Source of the DNA: an uncultured archaeon
Lineage (GTDB): Archaea; Altiarchaeota; Altiarchaeia; JAFGQM01
Length of the DNA stretch: 56,679 nt
Reading direction: 5' to 3'
Assembly (NCBI GenBank): GCA_964619365.1
Contig: CAZUDQ010000001.1
Coordinates: 185,842-242,520 of the forward strand
The position numbers and the translations under genes were made by a program. Below, one piece after another: positions 1-9,425 of the stretch. The first letter of the stretch is position 1. Each line of letters begins with the position of its first letter. A model generated the notes under the pieces. That model did no database searches, was not told where the DNA came from, and was given only the letters and a program-made list of their open reading frames with translations.

Positions 1-83
1 TTTTCTTTTTGTCTTGTTTTTTAGATATTCTATTTCCTTAAGTTTACATTTTAATTGCGCCTTAAGTAATTAATGCCAAGAAT

Positions 84-1019
84 ATGGATTTAAAGTGTAA
101 TTTAGTCTCTTCAAAACCTCCAAAATCTAAAAAGGGTATTAGGCTTGGGCTTGCACAAATGGAGTGTCCGGTGGGGACTCCTGATGCTGTGATTGAAAAT
201 ATCAAGCGACTAAAAAAGGTTGTTAAGGTCGCAAAGAAAGAGGGGACTCAATTGCTATCTTTTCCAGAACTTTACATTAGTGGGTATGCACTTGACAAAA
301 AACTTGTAAGAGACCTTGCCGAGCCCATTAATGGAAAAGTCATGCGTGGAATCGCTAGGACTGCAAAAAGAAACAGGATTGCACTTGTCGTACCATACCC
401 TGAACGCGATTCAAGTTCGGGCAAGGATATTTATTATGATTCAATTGCGCTTTTTGGTTCTGGGGGTAAACTCCTTGATAATTACCGGAAAACCCATCTT
501 TTTGGAGCCGCAGAAAAACTAAATTTCAGCCCTGGGGCGGGTGAATTTAATGTAGTTGAAATCAATGGCTTCCCCTTAGGCGTCCTTAATTGCTATGAAG
601 CTGAGTTCCCCGAGCTTTCAAGAATCCTCGCCTTAAAAGGCGCAAAACTTATCCTTATTCCAACGGCAGCTGATATGTTTTATACACTTGCCTCAGGAGA
701 AACCGCACACGTACCTTACCCTGACGTCTCTTTAAGTTTGATTCCCGCAAGAGCCCTTGAGAATCATTGTTTTGTTGCATATTGCAATAGGTGTGGTACT
801 GAAACTGTAAGAAAGAAATCTTGGGAATTCCGTGGAAACTCTATAATATGTGCACCCAATGGGACTGTTTCTATTGCGGCCGCACATAAGCGCGAAACCT
901 TGATTATTGCGGACTGTGTGCCTGGAACCTATGAACCGACGCATCCGGAGGGTAATTATATCTCAGATAGGCGTCCAGAGTTTTATAAAATGCTTGTTGA
1001 TGTGGCAAAAGCTTTATGA
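84..1019 (+). CDS. Nitrilase/carbon-nitrogen hydrolase family amidohydrolase
   Basis: Glu-Lys-Cys triad motifs FPEL, YRKTHLF and NCYEAEFPE; C-terminal DRRPEFY. Confidence 0.9.
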   Translation: MDLKCNLVSSKPPKSKKGIRLGLAQMECPVGTPDAVIENIKRLKKVVKVAKKEGTQLLSFPELYISGYALDKKLVRDLAEPINGKVMRGIARTAKRNRIALVVPYPERDSSSGKDIYYDSIALFGSGGKLLDNYRKTHLFGAAEKLNFSPGAGEFNVVEINGFPLGVLNCYEAEFPELSRILALKGAKLILIPTAADMFYTLASGETAHVPYPDVSLSLIPARALENHCFVAYCNRCGTETVRKKSWEFRGNSIICAPNGTVSIAAAHKRETLIIADCVPGTYEPTHPEGNYISDRRPEFYKMLVDVAKAL

Positions 1020-1020
1020 G

Positions 1021-1938
1021 CTAGTGGTGTATCCGGCAGTCATCGGCTTTATATTCTGCTGGGTCGCGTGGGTCTATATGTATGTAGGCCTTATCAACTT
1101 CCTTAAGGGATTCAACTCCCTTTTGTACTTCCTTTCCTATCTTATGTGCGGCTTCAAGAGTCATCTTACGGTTGACTTCTATATGTATTTCAACGTGGAC
1201 AAAGTTGCCGACGTAATGCGCCCTGACATCATGTATCCCGTTTACCCCTTTTACAGACTGGGCCTTTTTACATATCTTTCCAAGAAGTTCTTTTGGCGGA
1301 CAGGCCCCCATTAAGTATGTCGTGTTCTCTTCACCTATTTTATAACCTGAGTATATGACAAAAACGCCGATTAGTATCGCCGCATATGAGTCTATTGAAA
1401 AGAATCCAAAGAACGGCCCGATAAAGCCGACCAACGCAAGAAAAGATATCAGGACGTCGTTTCTTGCATCTATTGCTGAAGCGCGAATGGCGGGGCTCAT
1501 CACGGCTTTTCCAATGCGCGAGAAATATCTCCAGAGAAATGCTTTTGTTCCTATTGAGATAAATAGTGCGATAAGCCCATATAGTATAAACTCGTTAGGG
1601 ACTATGTTTACCGCAGGCAAAAGTAGTTTTTGTACTGCTTCCCAGATAAGGGAGAAGCCTAGAATCGCCATGATTATTGCAGTAAAAAGCCCTGCGATGG
1701 GTTCGGCGCCCCGGTGTCCAAACGGATGACCTGAATCCGCATCTTTGTGCGCTATTTTTACGGCAAAAAGAACGCCTATTGAGTAAAGGATGTCCCCAAG
1801 GGAATTTACTGCATCAGATATTATCGCAAGACTTCCTGAAAGAAGACCTGCTGATATCTTTATTAAAAAAAGACAGGTGTTAGCAAAAACACCTATCTGT
1901 GTAGCCTTTGCCGCTGAGTTTTGTGAGTCCTTAGACAT
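1021..1938 (-). CDS. Cation diffusion facilitator (FieF-like) metal transporter
   Basis: SLAIISDAVNSLGD, HPFGH, about 6 TM helices, C-terminal dimerisation domain AH..G..V...IHIDP. Confidence 0.92.
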   Translation of the reverse strand: MSKDSQNSAAKATQIGVFANTCLFLIKISAGLLSGSLAIISDAVNSLGDILYSIGVLFAVKIAHKDADSGHPFGHRGAEPIAGLFTAIIMAILGFSLIWEAVQKLLLPAVNIVPNEFILYGLIALFISIGTKAFLWRYFSRIGKAVMSPAIRASAIDARNDVLISFLALVGFIGPFFGFFSIDSYAAILIGVFVIYSGYKIGEENTTYLMGACPPKELLGKICKKAQSVKGVNGIHDVRAHYVGNFVHVEIHIEVNRKMTLEAAHKIGKEVQKGVESLKEVDKAYIHIDPRDPAEYKADDCRIHH

Positions 1939-1956
1939 TTGAAGAGATACTTAGGG

Positions 1957-3549
1957 TTAAGAGAACTCGGCACGGCACTCAAAGAAAAGCGGGCCCTTTA
2001 ACATTAATTCTTTCTTCTTTGATTGTATGAACTTCAGGGCTGGTTCTGCAATCTCAAGGTTTATGTCAGGCGCACTTTTTGCCATTTTAAATTGGAAAGA
2101 ATATTCTGCGCGGCCTTCTTTTGCTGCTTCCTCGATTCCTACTGCAAGGTGGTCTGCCATGGCGCCGATGTAGGTTATGCCAGTGGCCTTGCCTTCATCC
2201 TGAATCTTCTTTATTTTCTCCTTAAAGGCCTCTTTTGGAACGCCGTATATACCACCTTCCCAAACATAGACTTCATTAAGGGCAGCAGGACCCAGAAGCG
2301 CTGAGTTCTCCTCTTTTTCAAAAACAAACACTTTGGCTTTTTTACTTTCGATTTCCCCTTCCCATGCTAGGAACTCACAAGGAGATTTTTCCGCGGCGTT
2401 TTTTCTTGCAGTTGCGACTATTGCTTCGGCAATCTTCTTCCCCGTTTCTGACTCAGGTTTTTTTACGATTGAAACGGATTCTAAAAGCTCGTTGTCATCA
2501 AGTTCTTGTGCGCCGTAAAACTGTGGGAAAAAGACTTCACGAACGTCTGAGAAGCCTTCTTTTATCATAAGGATACGCTCAACGCCAAAGCCCACATTAA
2601 AAACTGGATATTTTATCCCGTACTGCGCCAGGGCAAGTGGGGAGTACATACCAATATCCCCTATTTCGATTGGCTCGTCAAATCCTGGTTTTTTAGCAAA
2701 TACCTCATACTCGCTTTTGTTTGCGTAATAGGTTGATGTTGCCTGTTTCTGTATGAATTCAAAATCCTTAAAACCTAATGGTTTTAGTATTTCTTCGACA
2801 ATTTTTTTACCGGCTTCAATCTCCATTTCCGGGGCGCATATAGCACATGACGCTCCGTAGTGGGCGCGCAAGTGTGTCGCATCAACGCGCTGCTCGCGCC
2901 TGAACCTTAGACCTATTGAAAAAAGTTTTATTGGGGGAGATTTTTTCTCGACAAGTGCCCCAAGTGTCGGGAACCAACCTGCTGTCATATGGCTCCGCAG
3001 GGTTGTCTTTGTGGGAACGGCCTGCAGGTTCCTTAACTCCTCAAAAGAGTCGATTATCCTTGCGCCTTGTTCAGTTGACACGCCAAGCTTTTCTTCTATT
3101 GTCTCAAGGAAATCGTCTCCTTCAATTCTCCCGAGTTTATACTCGCGAAGAATCTCTTTAAGCGCTGTTTTTTGTGCGTCTGAAAAATCAGGGATTATTG
3201 TTTTTATTTTTTGAATCTTGTCTTCTGAAAGCCCGATTTCAGGGCGCGGGAGACCAGCAAGATAATAACAGCGGTCAAGTATGGCAGGACCTTCCGGCCC
3301 GTATTGTTTGTATACGTCTTCTTCGTCAATAAAAAGCGGGTTTTCAACTTCAGTAAACCCTAGTCTAAGGAAGCTTGAGCGTATCTTTGCAGCAAGATTA
3401 TGAATTGGGTGAGGTTCAGGCTTTCCAGGTGTAAGGAGTTCTTTTGTAAATTCTTCTGAGTACTCGGGGAACGCTCCTTTTGTTGCTGTCCAGGCAGAGC
3501 CAAAATCCTTTTTTGCGTCGCTTTTAAGTTTCTTTAAATCGTATTCCAT
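1957..3549 (-). CDS. sepS: O-phosphoseryl-tRNA(Cys) synthetase (SepRS)
   Basis: 530 aa; GKPEPHP, VYKQYGPEGPAILDRCYYLAGLPRP, TLRSHMTAGWF, FRREQ, GMYSPLALAQYGI, EENSALLGPAALNEVYV. Confidence 0.93.
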   Translation of the reverse strand: MEYDLKKLKSDAKKDFGSAWTATKGAFPEYSEEFTKELLTPGKPEPHPIHNLAAKIRSSFLRLGFTEVENPLFIDEEDVYKQYGPEGPAILDRCYYLAGLPRPEIGLSEDKIQKIKTIIPDFSDAQKTALKEILREYKLGRIEGDDFLETIEEKLGVSTEQGARIIDSFEELRNLQAVPTKTTLRSHMTAGWFPTLGALVEKKSPPIKLFSIGLRFRREQRVDATHLRAHYGASCAICAPEMEIEAGKKIVEEILKPLGFKDFEFIQKQATSTYYANKSEYEVFAKKPGFDEPIEIGDIGMYSPLALAQYGIKYPVFNVGFGVERILMIKEGFSDVREVFFPQFYGAQELDDNELLESVSIVKKPESETGKKIAEAIVATARKNAAEKSPCEFLAWEGEIESKKAKVFVFEKEENSALLGPAALNEVYVWEGGIYGVPKEAFKEKIKKIQDEGKATGITYIGAMADHLAVGIEEAAKEGRAEYSFQFKMAKSAPDINLEIAEPALKFIQSKKKELMLKGPLFFECRAEFS

Positions 3550-3645
3550 TTCCTTCTCTTGAACAATAATTGAATAATTACGTTTAGCGACTAATTAGCG
3601 CCCCGATAATTTAAAACTAGAAAAAAGTTGAGGGGGAGATAATAT

Positions 3646-4449
3646 TTATGTTTTTATCCACGATTCTTTTTTGTGTATGCCCTCAATTACTCGAAGTCTA
3701 TGTGATATTAAATCAGATAATTCCTTATTTGAGGTGTCGGGTATGCGACCAGCATCCACTTTGGCCTTGAGCTTTTTAAGGTACCTGTAGTGGAGTTTTG
3801 GGTTTTCCAGGAAGCGCGCTATCTGATGAGAATGAGCAATTCCGGAAACTGAAACTAATGGTTCTTTTATCTCATAGTCCTTGGCCGCTAGCAAATCTGA
3901 AGCCATGAGGGCGCTCCTTCCAGGTGTAACAAAAAAGGCCGTATCTTCCGGCTTATATTTTTTGGAGATAAATGGTCTGAGTGCCCTAGAATCATTTACC
4001 TTTGCCAGTTGCTTTTTGCCTATTTGTCCATTGACTATTTTAACTGGCCGGAAGCGCGCGCCTATCTCTGATGAAAGTGCTATGGGAAGGTTAATGGAAG
4101 ATAGTATCAATAAATTCTTTTTCCCTATCATCTCTTCTGCTAAGTCGGCACTAACTGCCTCACTATGGTGTTGGGGTGCAAACCTAGTTGCTAGATGTTC
4201 TGGGAGAAAGTGTTTGGGGGAGCCTTCTGAAATTACTGTAGAGCCTTTTGGTGTCAGTGAGTTTATTGCTTTTTGTTTATTTTTCGGAAGAGTTAGATAC
4301 ACTCCATGCGCCAAACCAATATTACGAATCTTTAGGACTTTGCCGTCGTTTGTAGTTATTTTATGGTCTGTATAAAATATCGTGCGGTCTAAAGGGTGTT
4401 TTTTGCTTCCTGCTTTTTCCTTAGGCTTTCTTTTGTGTGGAGAGGGCAT
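3646..4449 (-). CDS. Hypothetical protein, diverged TraB/Tiki-like fold candidate, basic N-terminal leader (paralog 1)
   Basis: IGLAH, ISEG, RSALMA and VSVSGIAH occur in the same order as the TraB motifs; clear paralog of 4463-5263. Confidence 0.6.
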   Translation of the reverse strand: MPSPHKRKPKEKAGSKKHPLDRTIFYTDHKITTNDGKVLKIRNIGLAHGVYLTLPKNKQKAINSLTPKGSTVISEGSPKHFLPEHLATRFAPQHHSEAVSADLAEEMIGKKNLLILSSINLPIALSSEIGARFRPVKIVNGQIGKKQLAKVNDSRALRPFISKKYKPEDTAFFVTPGRSALMASDLLAAKDYEIKEPLVSVSGIAHSHQIARFLENPKLHYRYLKKLKAKVDAGRIPDTSNKELSDLISHRLRVIEGIHKKESWIKT

Positions 4450-4462
4450 TTGATTTGTCTGC

Positions 4463-5263
4463 TTACTTAATTCCTAGGCGCTCCTTACCATATACTTTTT
4501 CAAGTTGTTTTAGTCTATGGGGCACCATTAAGGCAAGTCCTTTGTCAGGTATGCGCCCATTATCAAGCTTTGTTTTTAGTCGTCTGAGTGTTCTGTAATG
4601 AAGTCTTGGATTTTTTAGGAAGTGATTTATTTGATAAGAATGATTAGCGCCCGACACAGACACCACTGATGGGATATCGTTGTTTGGTTTATCTCCTTGG
4701 CTTTTATTAGGTTCTAGTAAATCTGCGGCCATGAGGGCGCTCCTTCCAGTTATCATAAAGGACGCAACGTCCCCTGGGCGATATTTTTTGGAGATAAATG
4801 GTTTGTATCCTGCAAGACCGTTGAGGCTGTCCATATAAAGGTCTTTTCTTGTTTGCGCATGTACTTTGATGGGGAGGCCATGCTGTCTCATCTCAGAAAA
4901 GAATACTAGGGGTTTTAACGAAAGACCTAACATTACACTATGAGGAACTCCGATCATTGACCTTAATGTATCAAGATTTATTTCCTCGCTTTGATGCCTT
5001 TTTGCGCTGCCCACTAACTCTCTTGGTAAAAATGTTTTATGAGCGTGTTCGGAGATTAAAGTAGAATTTTCTGGTATTAGTGAACGCATAAGCTCCTGTT
5101 TTTCCTTAGGAAGGGCAGAAAACCAATTATGTGTTATTCCAATATTACGGATATCCCGGCGTGTACCATCAGCTTGTTGTATCTGATGGTCTGTGTAAAA
5201 TATCCGGTCGTATTTTCCTGGGCGCTTTTTTCTGGCCGTTGGATGGTGTACTATCGGACGCAT
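4463..5263 (-). CDS. Hypothetical protein, diverged TraB/Tiki-like fold candidate, basic N-terminal leader (paralog 2)
   Basis: IGITH, ISEH, RSALMA, VSVSGANH; shares IFYTDH, PFISKKY and GRIPD with its neighbour. Confidence 0.6.
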   Translation of the reverse strand: MRPIVHHPTARKKRPGKYDRIFYTDHQIQQADGTRRDIRNIGITHNWFSALPKEKQELMRSLIPENSTLISEHAHKTFLPRELVGSAKRHQSEEINLDTLRSMIGVPHSVMLGLSLKPLVFFSEMRQHGLPIKVHAQTRKDLYMDSLNGLAGYKPFISKKYRPGDVASFMITGRSALMAADLLEPNKSQGDKPNNDIPSVVSVSGANHSYQINHFLKNPRLHYRTLRRLKTKLDNGRIPDKGLALMVPHRLKQLEKVYGKERLGIK

Positions 5264-5403
5264 TTTAGAATATTTGTATTTTCTTGTGAAAATTATTGGG
5301 TAAAGGGATTAAAATTAGGGAGAAGCCACATACGTCGGGGGAGGGGGGTGAGTTCCGGTATTCGGACACGTGTGAAAGGGGATAAATAATAAATGAGTAT
5401 TTA

Positions 5404-6648
5404 TCAGAGTTTAAGGCTCTTTATGACACAGTCCTTTATCTTATCAGGATCTTCACCCAGTTCTATAAGACGTGTTTGCCCGCGCGTTCCCTTGCCAGTA
5501 AACTGCATGGAGATAAAGCCCAGCATCTCAAGGTCATTTAGGTATTCCCTCACCCATCGCATGCTTCTTGCGCTTTCCTTTAACTGACGTACGACGCGTT
5601 TGTACTCATCATACACTTCACCTGATGTGAACTGCTTGATGTCGTTTCCTATGAGGTTTCTTTGTTTCTTTGCGGATTCAAGTAAGTTTGCAAGTGATAA
5701 GAGTACTATCTTTTGGTGGTCTGGAAGAACATCAATCTGTTCTATTACTATATCTTCTTCTACTTTCTTTTGTGCCTCCTCAACCTCTTTTACCTTGACG
5801 AATTTCGCAGTCGAGTTTTCAACAAGTTCCCCTGCTTTCCTCAGAAGCCTTAGGGCGTATCTTGCGTCCCCACCTTCCTTAGCTGAAATCGCCGCAATAA
5901 GCCTTATTGCAGAGATATCGACTTTATCGGGCTTAAATCCTAGTTTGACACGTTCCCTTAGGATTGTTGTTAACTGTTTGGCGTTATATGGTGGGAAAAC
6001 CCTTTCTTCCTCACAAAGTGTTGACTTGCTTCTTGGATCTATGTTCTTTTTGAAAAAGAGGTTGTTTGTTATCCCAAGAATCGTCACAAATCCTGCCTTT
6101 ATATCATCATTTGCCCGTGTGAGTGTGTAAAGCAGGCTGTCAAGGTCCTTTTGTTTTATTGTATCAACCTCATCAAGTATTACAACAACACCTGCCCCCT
6201 GGCTTCCGACAAAATCAAGAAGGTATTCATAAAGCATTGTAGGGGGTGCTCCTGCGTCGTGAACCTTTGTTCCTTTTTCGGCAAAGAAATCTGGGTTTTG
6301 TTCGGCAAGATCCTTAAGAAGCTTGACAAGAACCCTGTATTTAGTGTCGTGTACTTTGTTGTTTATGTAACTGACATAAAGAGGAACCCCTTTTGCCTTA
6401 CATACATCTCCAAGCTCTGCTGAGACAAAACGCGAAACCATGGTCTTTCCGACACCAGTCTTTCCATATATGAAAATATTTGAGGGTTTTTCCCGTTTTA
6501 GGGCTGGAGCCATAAGACAGACGATATCATCTATCTCATCTTCTCTATAAGGTAGTTTGGGGGGGGTGTAATGGGGTGAAAGCGCCTCCTTGTTCTTGAA
6601 AATCCGATACTCTGAAGTATAATCTTCAAAGAGGTTCTTTTTTGTCAT
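5404..6648 (-). CDS. cdc6: Orc1/Cdc6 replication initiator
   Basis: Walker A GKTGVGKT, Walker B VVILDEVD, FPPYNA, GDARYAL, C-terminal winged helix LEMLGFI..G.RG. Confidence 0.96.
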   Translation of the reverse strand: MTKKNLFEDYTSEYRIFKNKEALSPHYTPPKLPYREDEIDDIVCLMAPALKREKPSNIFIYGKTGVGKTMVSRFVSAELGDVCKAKGVPLYVSYINNKVHDTKYRVLVKLLKDLAEQNPDFFAEKGTKVHDAGAPPTMLYEYLLDFVGSQGAGVVVILDEVDTIKQKDLDSLLYTLTRANDDIKAGFVTILGITNNLFFKKNIDPRSKSTLCEEERVFPPYNAKQLTTILRERVKLGFKPDKVDISAIRLIAAISAKEGGDARYALRLLRKAGELVENSTAKFVKVKEVEEAQKKVEEDIVIEQIDVLPDHQKIVLLSLANLLESAKKQRNLIGNDIKQFTSGEVYDEYKRVVRQLKESARSMRWVREYLNDLEMLGFISMQFTGKGTRGQTRLIELGEDPDKIKDCVIKSLKL

Positions 6649-6825
6649 ATTCGCTATTGTTAAGGGAGGGGGTTATAAAAATAGAGGAAGTGGGGTATTC
6701 CTTTAGAGATTTTTATAGTTTCAATAGTAATATCAAGGCAAATGTTTTTGGGTGGAATCAAATTTTTGTTGCTGGGGGAAGAAACTACCAAAACCAAGAG
6801 ACACTTAAAATAATAGGGGATTAAA
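6649..6825. promoter_or_regulatory. cdc6/sepF divergent promoter region, possible replication origin
   Basis: Several G-runs; minus-strand TTACTATTGAAAC (6718-6730) resembles a mini-ORB; adjacent to cdc6. Confidence 0.3.
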
Positions 6826-7200
6826 ATGGGTATGAAAGGATGGTTGGGTTTTGAAGAGAGTGGTGTGGATGTAGAAGATGAAGTCAATCTTGATGAATAC
6901 CTTGATGGAATAGGTCTTCATAATGGAGAGCTTCTTGATGAGGATAAATACACTTATATTAAGAGTATAACTGCAAACTCCCCAGAAATATTTCAGGAAG
7001 TTGAGCGTGAAGTCAAAAAGGGAAATATTGTCCTTCTTGATACTGAAAACCTCTCGCAGACAAACAGAATCGCACTAAAGAAGCTTATCGGTGACCTAAA
7101 GAAGCTTGAAGAAAGTGTAAATGGTGACATGGGACGTATATCTGAGGCAAAAATACTCATAGTCCCAACTGAGTTCAGGATTCTTAAAAGACGCGTCTAA
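6826..7200 (+). CDS. sepF: Cell division protein SepF (archaeal type)
   Basis: N-terminal amphipathic segment MKGWLGF; C-terminal EVKKGNIVLLD...GDMGRISEAKILIVP. Confidence 0.85.
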   Translation: MGMKGWLGFEESGVDVEDEVNLDEYLDGIGLHNGELLDEDKYTYIKSITANSPEIFQEVEREVKKGNIVLLDTENLSQTNRIALKKLIGDLKKLEESVNGDMGRISEAKILIVPTEFRILKRRV

Positions 7201-7215
7201 GTTTTTAATTAAATA

Positions 7216-7245
7216 AATAACAGGTGTTTTAGCTTACCTGTTGTT
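7216..7245 (+). terminator. Hairpin terminator-like element after sepF
   Basis: AACAGGT/ACCTGTT inverted repeat followed by a T-rich tract. Confidence 0.45.
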
Positions 7246-7302
7246 GTTATTTTATTATCCATGTAGTTGCTACCCTTTTTAACTTATCAAACGCTTAATT
7301 AA

Positions 7303-8361
7303 GTGATGGTTGACGCCGACTTCCAAGAGGATATGGGGTTTAATGACGTACTGCGAGACCTTGAAGATAATATTTTTGGAATAGACCCTGACAAACCGAC
7401 TGATAAGTCAGAGAAGGACGAAGAGGAAATCCACGAGGAACTAGATGGTAAAAAATCAAAGCCCAAGAAAAGAAAAGAAACCCTTCCATTACTAGTTGAC
7501 CAAGACGCCGCCCAAAACATACTTAAGGATTTCATGAAGGAGAAGAACCAGAAAAAATATGATGTTGTGGGCTTTGAATTATATTTTAGGCCTTATTGGC
7601 TCTTCACTTACACTTGTGAACTCATGATAAAGGATAAGGATGGAAACATCATTGATTCTGAAGAAGTAGGTTCGCGTGTTGCAATTGACGCCGAGAGTGG
7701 AGCTTTGGCCGATTACCTTGAAGAGACTCTTGAAAACGAGCCCATTGAGACTGTGGATTTAGTCGACCAAGTGGCAGAGGAAGGAGGCAACGCAAAAGTA
7801 ATCGAAGCCAAGATAAAAGAAAGCAAGCTAGAACACTTTCTCACACAAAAGATTTCTGGAGCCTTGCGTGCAGAAAAGGATAATGTCTCTGTTGCGGGTT
7901 TTGAATTATTATGGTCTCCCGTTTGGAAAGGATGGATGGATATAAAGAAAAGGACACATAATCTTCAAATCGATGGGTGTCAGGGATACCCAATAAATTA
8001 CGATAATATACCACAAAGACCAAAGACTTGGGAAGATATCTTGATGGAAGATATCTCAATGCTCAAAAACCCAAAGAAGTGGAGTGAATTCATAAAGAAG
8101 AGGGGTAAAAGACGTTCAAGTACGCCGGGCGCTTCTAAAGGACTCAGTGGCATGAACTGGTTTCTTGTTGAAATAGTTTTAGGTCTTGCTCTTTTTGGAG
8201 TGTTTATTTACGGGCTTTATTCTAGTGCCTGGGACTTGCTTTTAATAGGTATTGGTGGGTTGATTATATTATTCTGGTATATGAACCACAGGCGAAGCAA
8301 ACAAAAAGCGCCAATGGTCCCATTACCCCCTCCACCTGGTGCTGGGTATGTAGAGCCTTAA
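7303..8361 (+). CDS. Hypothetical protein: acidic N-terminus, duplicated domain, two C-terminal TM helices, poly-Pro tail
   Basis: 352-aa ORF; internal repeat VVGFELYFRPYW / VAGFELLWSPVW. Confidence 0.8.
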   Translation: MMVDADFQEDMGFNDVLRDLEDNIFGIDPDKPTDKSEKDEEEIHEELDGKKSKPKKRKETLPLLVDQDAAQNILKDFMKEKNQKKYDVVGFELYFRPYWLFTYTCELMIKDKDGNIIDSEEVGSRVAIDAESGALADYLEETLENEPIETVDLVDQVAEEGGNAKVIEAKIKESKLEHFLTQKISGALRAEKDNVSVAGFELLWSPVWKGWMDIKKRTHNLQIDGCQGYPINYDNIPQRPKTWEDILMEDISMLKNPKKWSEFIKKRGKRRSSTPGASKGLSGMNWFLVEIVLGLALFGVFIYGLYSSAWDLLLIGIGGLIILFWYMNHRRSKQKAPMVPLPPPPGAGYVEP

Positions 8362-8424
8362 CCCCATAAGGAAAAACAATTGAGTGAAGAAATATTCTAA
8401 AAAGGATAACACTCACACTTAACT

Positions 8425-9237
8425 TTAAAGAACGGTGATCGCGACTCCTTTTGTTTCAAGGATTTTTTTCATACCAGGGATGTGACCTGCTCCAACCACC
8501 ACCAAAACAACATCAGCTTTATTCTTACTTATATGACTTATGTTCCTTGCCATATATTCATCTCTTTCTGCAACAAGGGCTTTGTAGATAGAAGGGAAGT
8601 TCTCCTTCATGACTTTCATAACCTCATCAATTCCTTCTCCCTTTTCAAGAGAGGCAAGGTTTATCTTTTCTCCCCCAGAAACGGTAGAGAGCGCGTCCAT
8701 ACCTTTACCCCCCGGAACGCTTAAGGCAACACCTGAACCTAAAAGTGAGACACCAAGTCGAAGCTTCTCTCCAAAACTCATTTCATTAAGGGCCCGGGAC
8801 ATCGTTACCTTTATGGGGCGGTCTATAAGCCCTATTGGTATCTTATAATCTTTTGCCGCCTGAAACCCTTCTCCCATTTCAACTCCAGGCATTATATTAT
8901 AATAATCCCCAAGCTTTTTCTGTAAACGTCCGAGTATACCTTCAAGAGTAAAAATGTTTGCTTTGACCCTTACCCCCGAATATGGGAACTCACCCCCCTC
9001 CCCCGACGCCCCTTTGTCTTTCTGGGAAAGCTCTGCTACCATGCGGCCAAATCGCTCTTTGTCAAGTTCCAAACAAACAATATCTGGAAGAAGAGTGGCA
9101 ACAGATTCCCTGACTTTCTTAGCACTATTCTTTGAGATGTGGGCAGTTCCCAATAAATAGACTTTTTTATCACGCAGGGCCGCCGCTTTTTTTACGTCGC
9201 TTGCAGGCAAACGAATCTTAATTGTTGATTCAGGCAT
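8425..9237 (-). CDS. traB: TraB/PrgY (pheromone shutdown-like) family protein
   Basis: VYLLGTAHIS, VCLELD..R, PGVEM, LIDRPI.VT, ERDEYMA, VVVGAGH. Confidence 0.9.
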   Translation of the reverse strand: MPESTIKIRLPASDVKKAAALRDKKVYLLGTAHISKNSAKKVRESVATLLPDIVCLELDKERFGRMVAELSQKDKGASGEGGEFPYSGVRVKANIFTLEGILGRLQKKLGDYYNIMPGVEMGEGFQAAKDYKIPIGLIDRPIKVTMSRALNEMSFGEKLRLGVSLLGSGVALSVPGGKGMDALSTVSGGEKINLASLEKGEGIDEVMKVMKENFPSIYKALVAERDEYMARNISHISKNKADVVLVVVGAGHIPGMKKILETKGVAITVL

Positions 9238-9425
9238 TTTTGTATTTTTATATTAATCAAAGAAAAAGGCAACAGATATACACAAAAAGCGCTTACTCCT
9301 TCAAGACTCGCACATCCGAGGGTTGCGTTTAAACCTATGTTTTAAACAACAACAATGCGTCCTTTTTACCCTAAGGTTTTTATATCCCCCGCCATAAACA
9401 TAACACATTTAACATCTAAGGGAAA

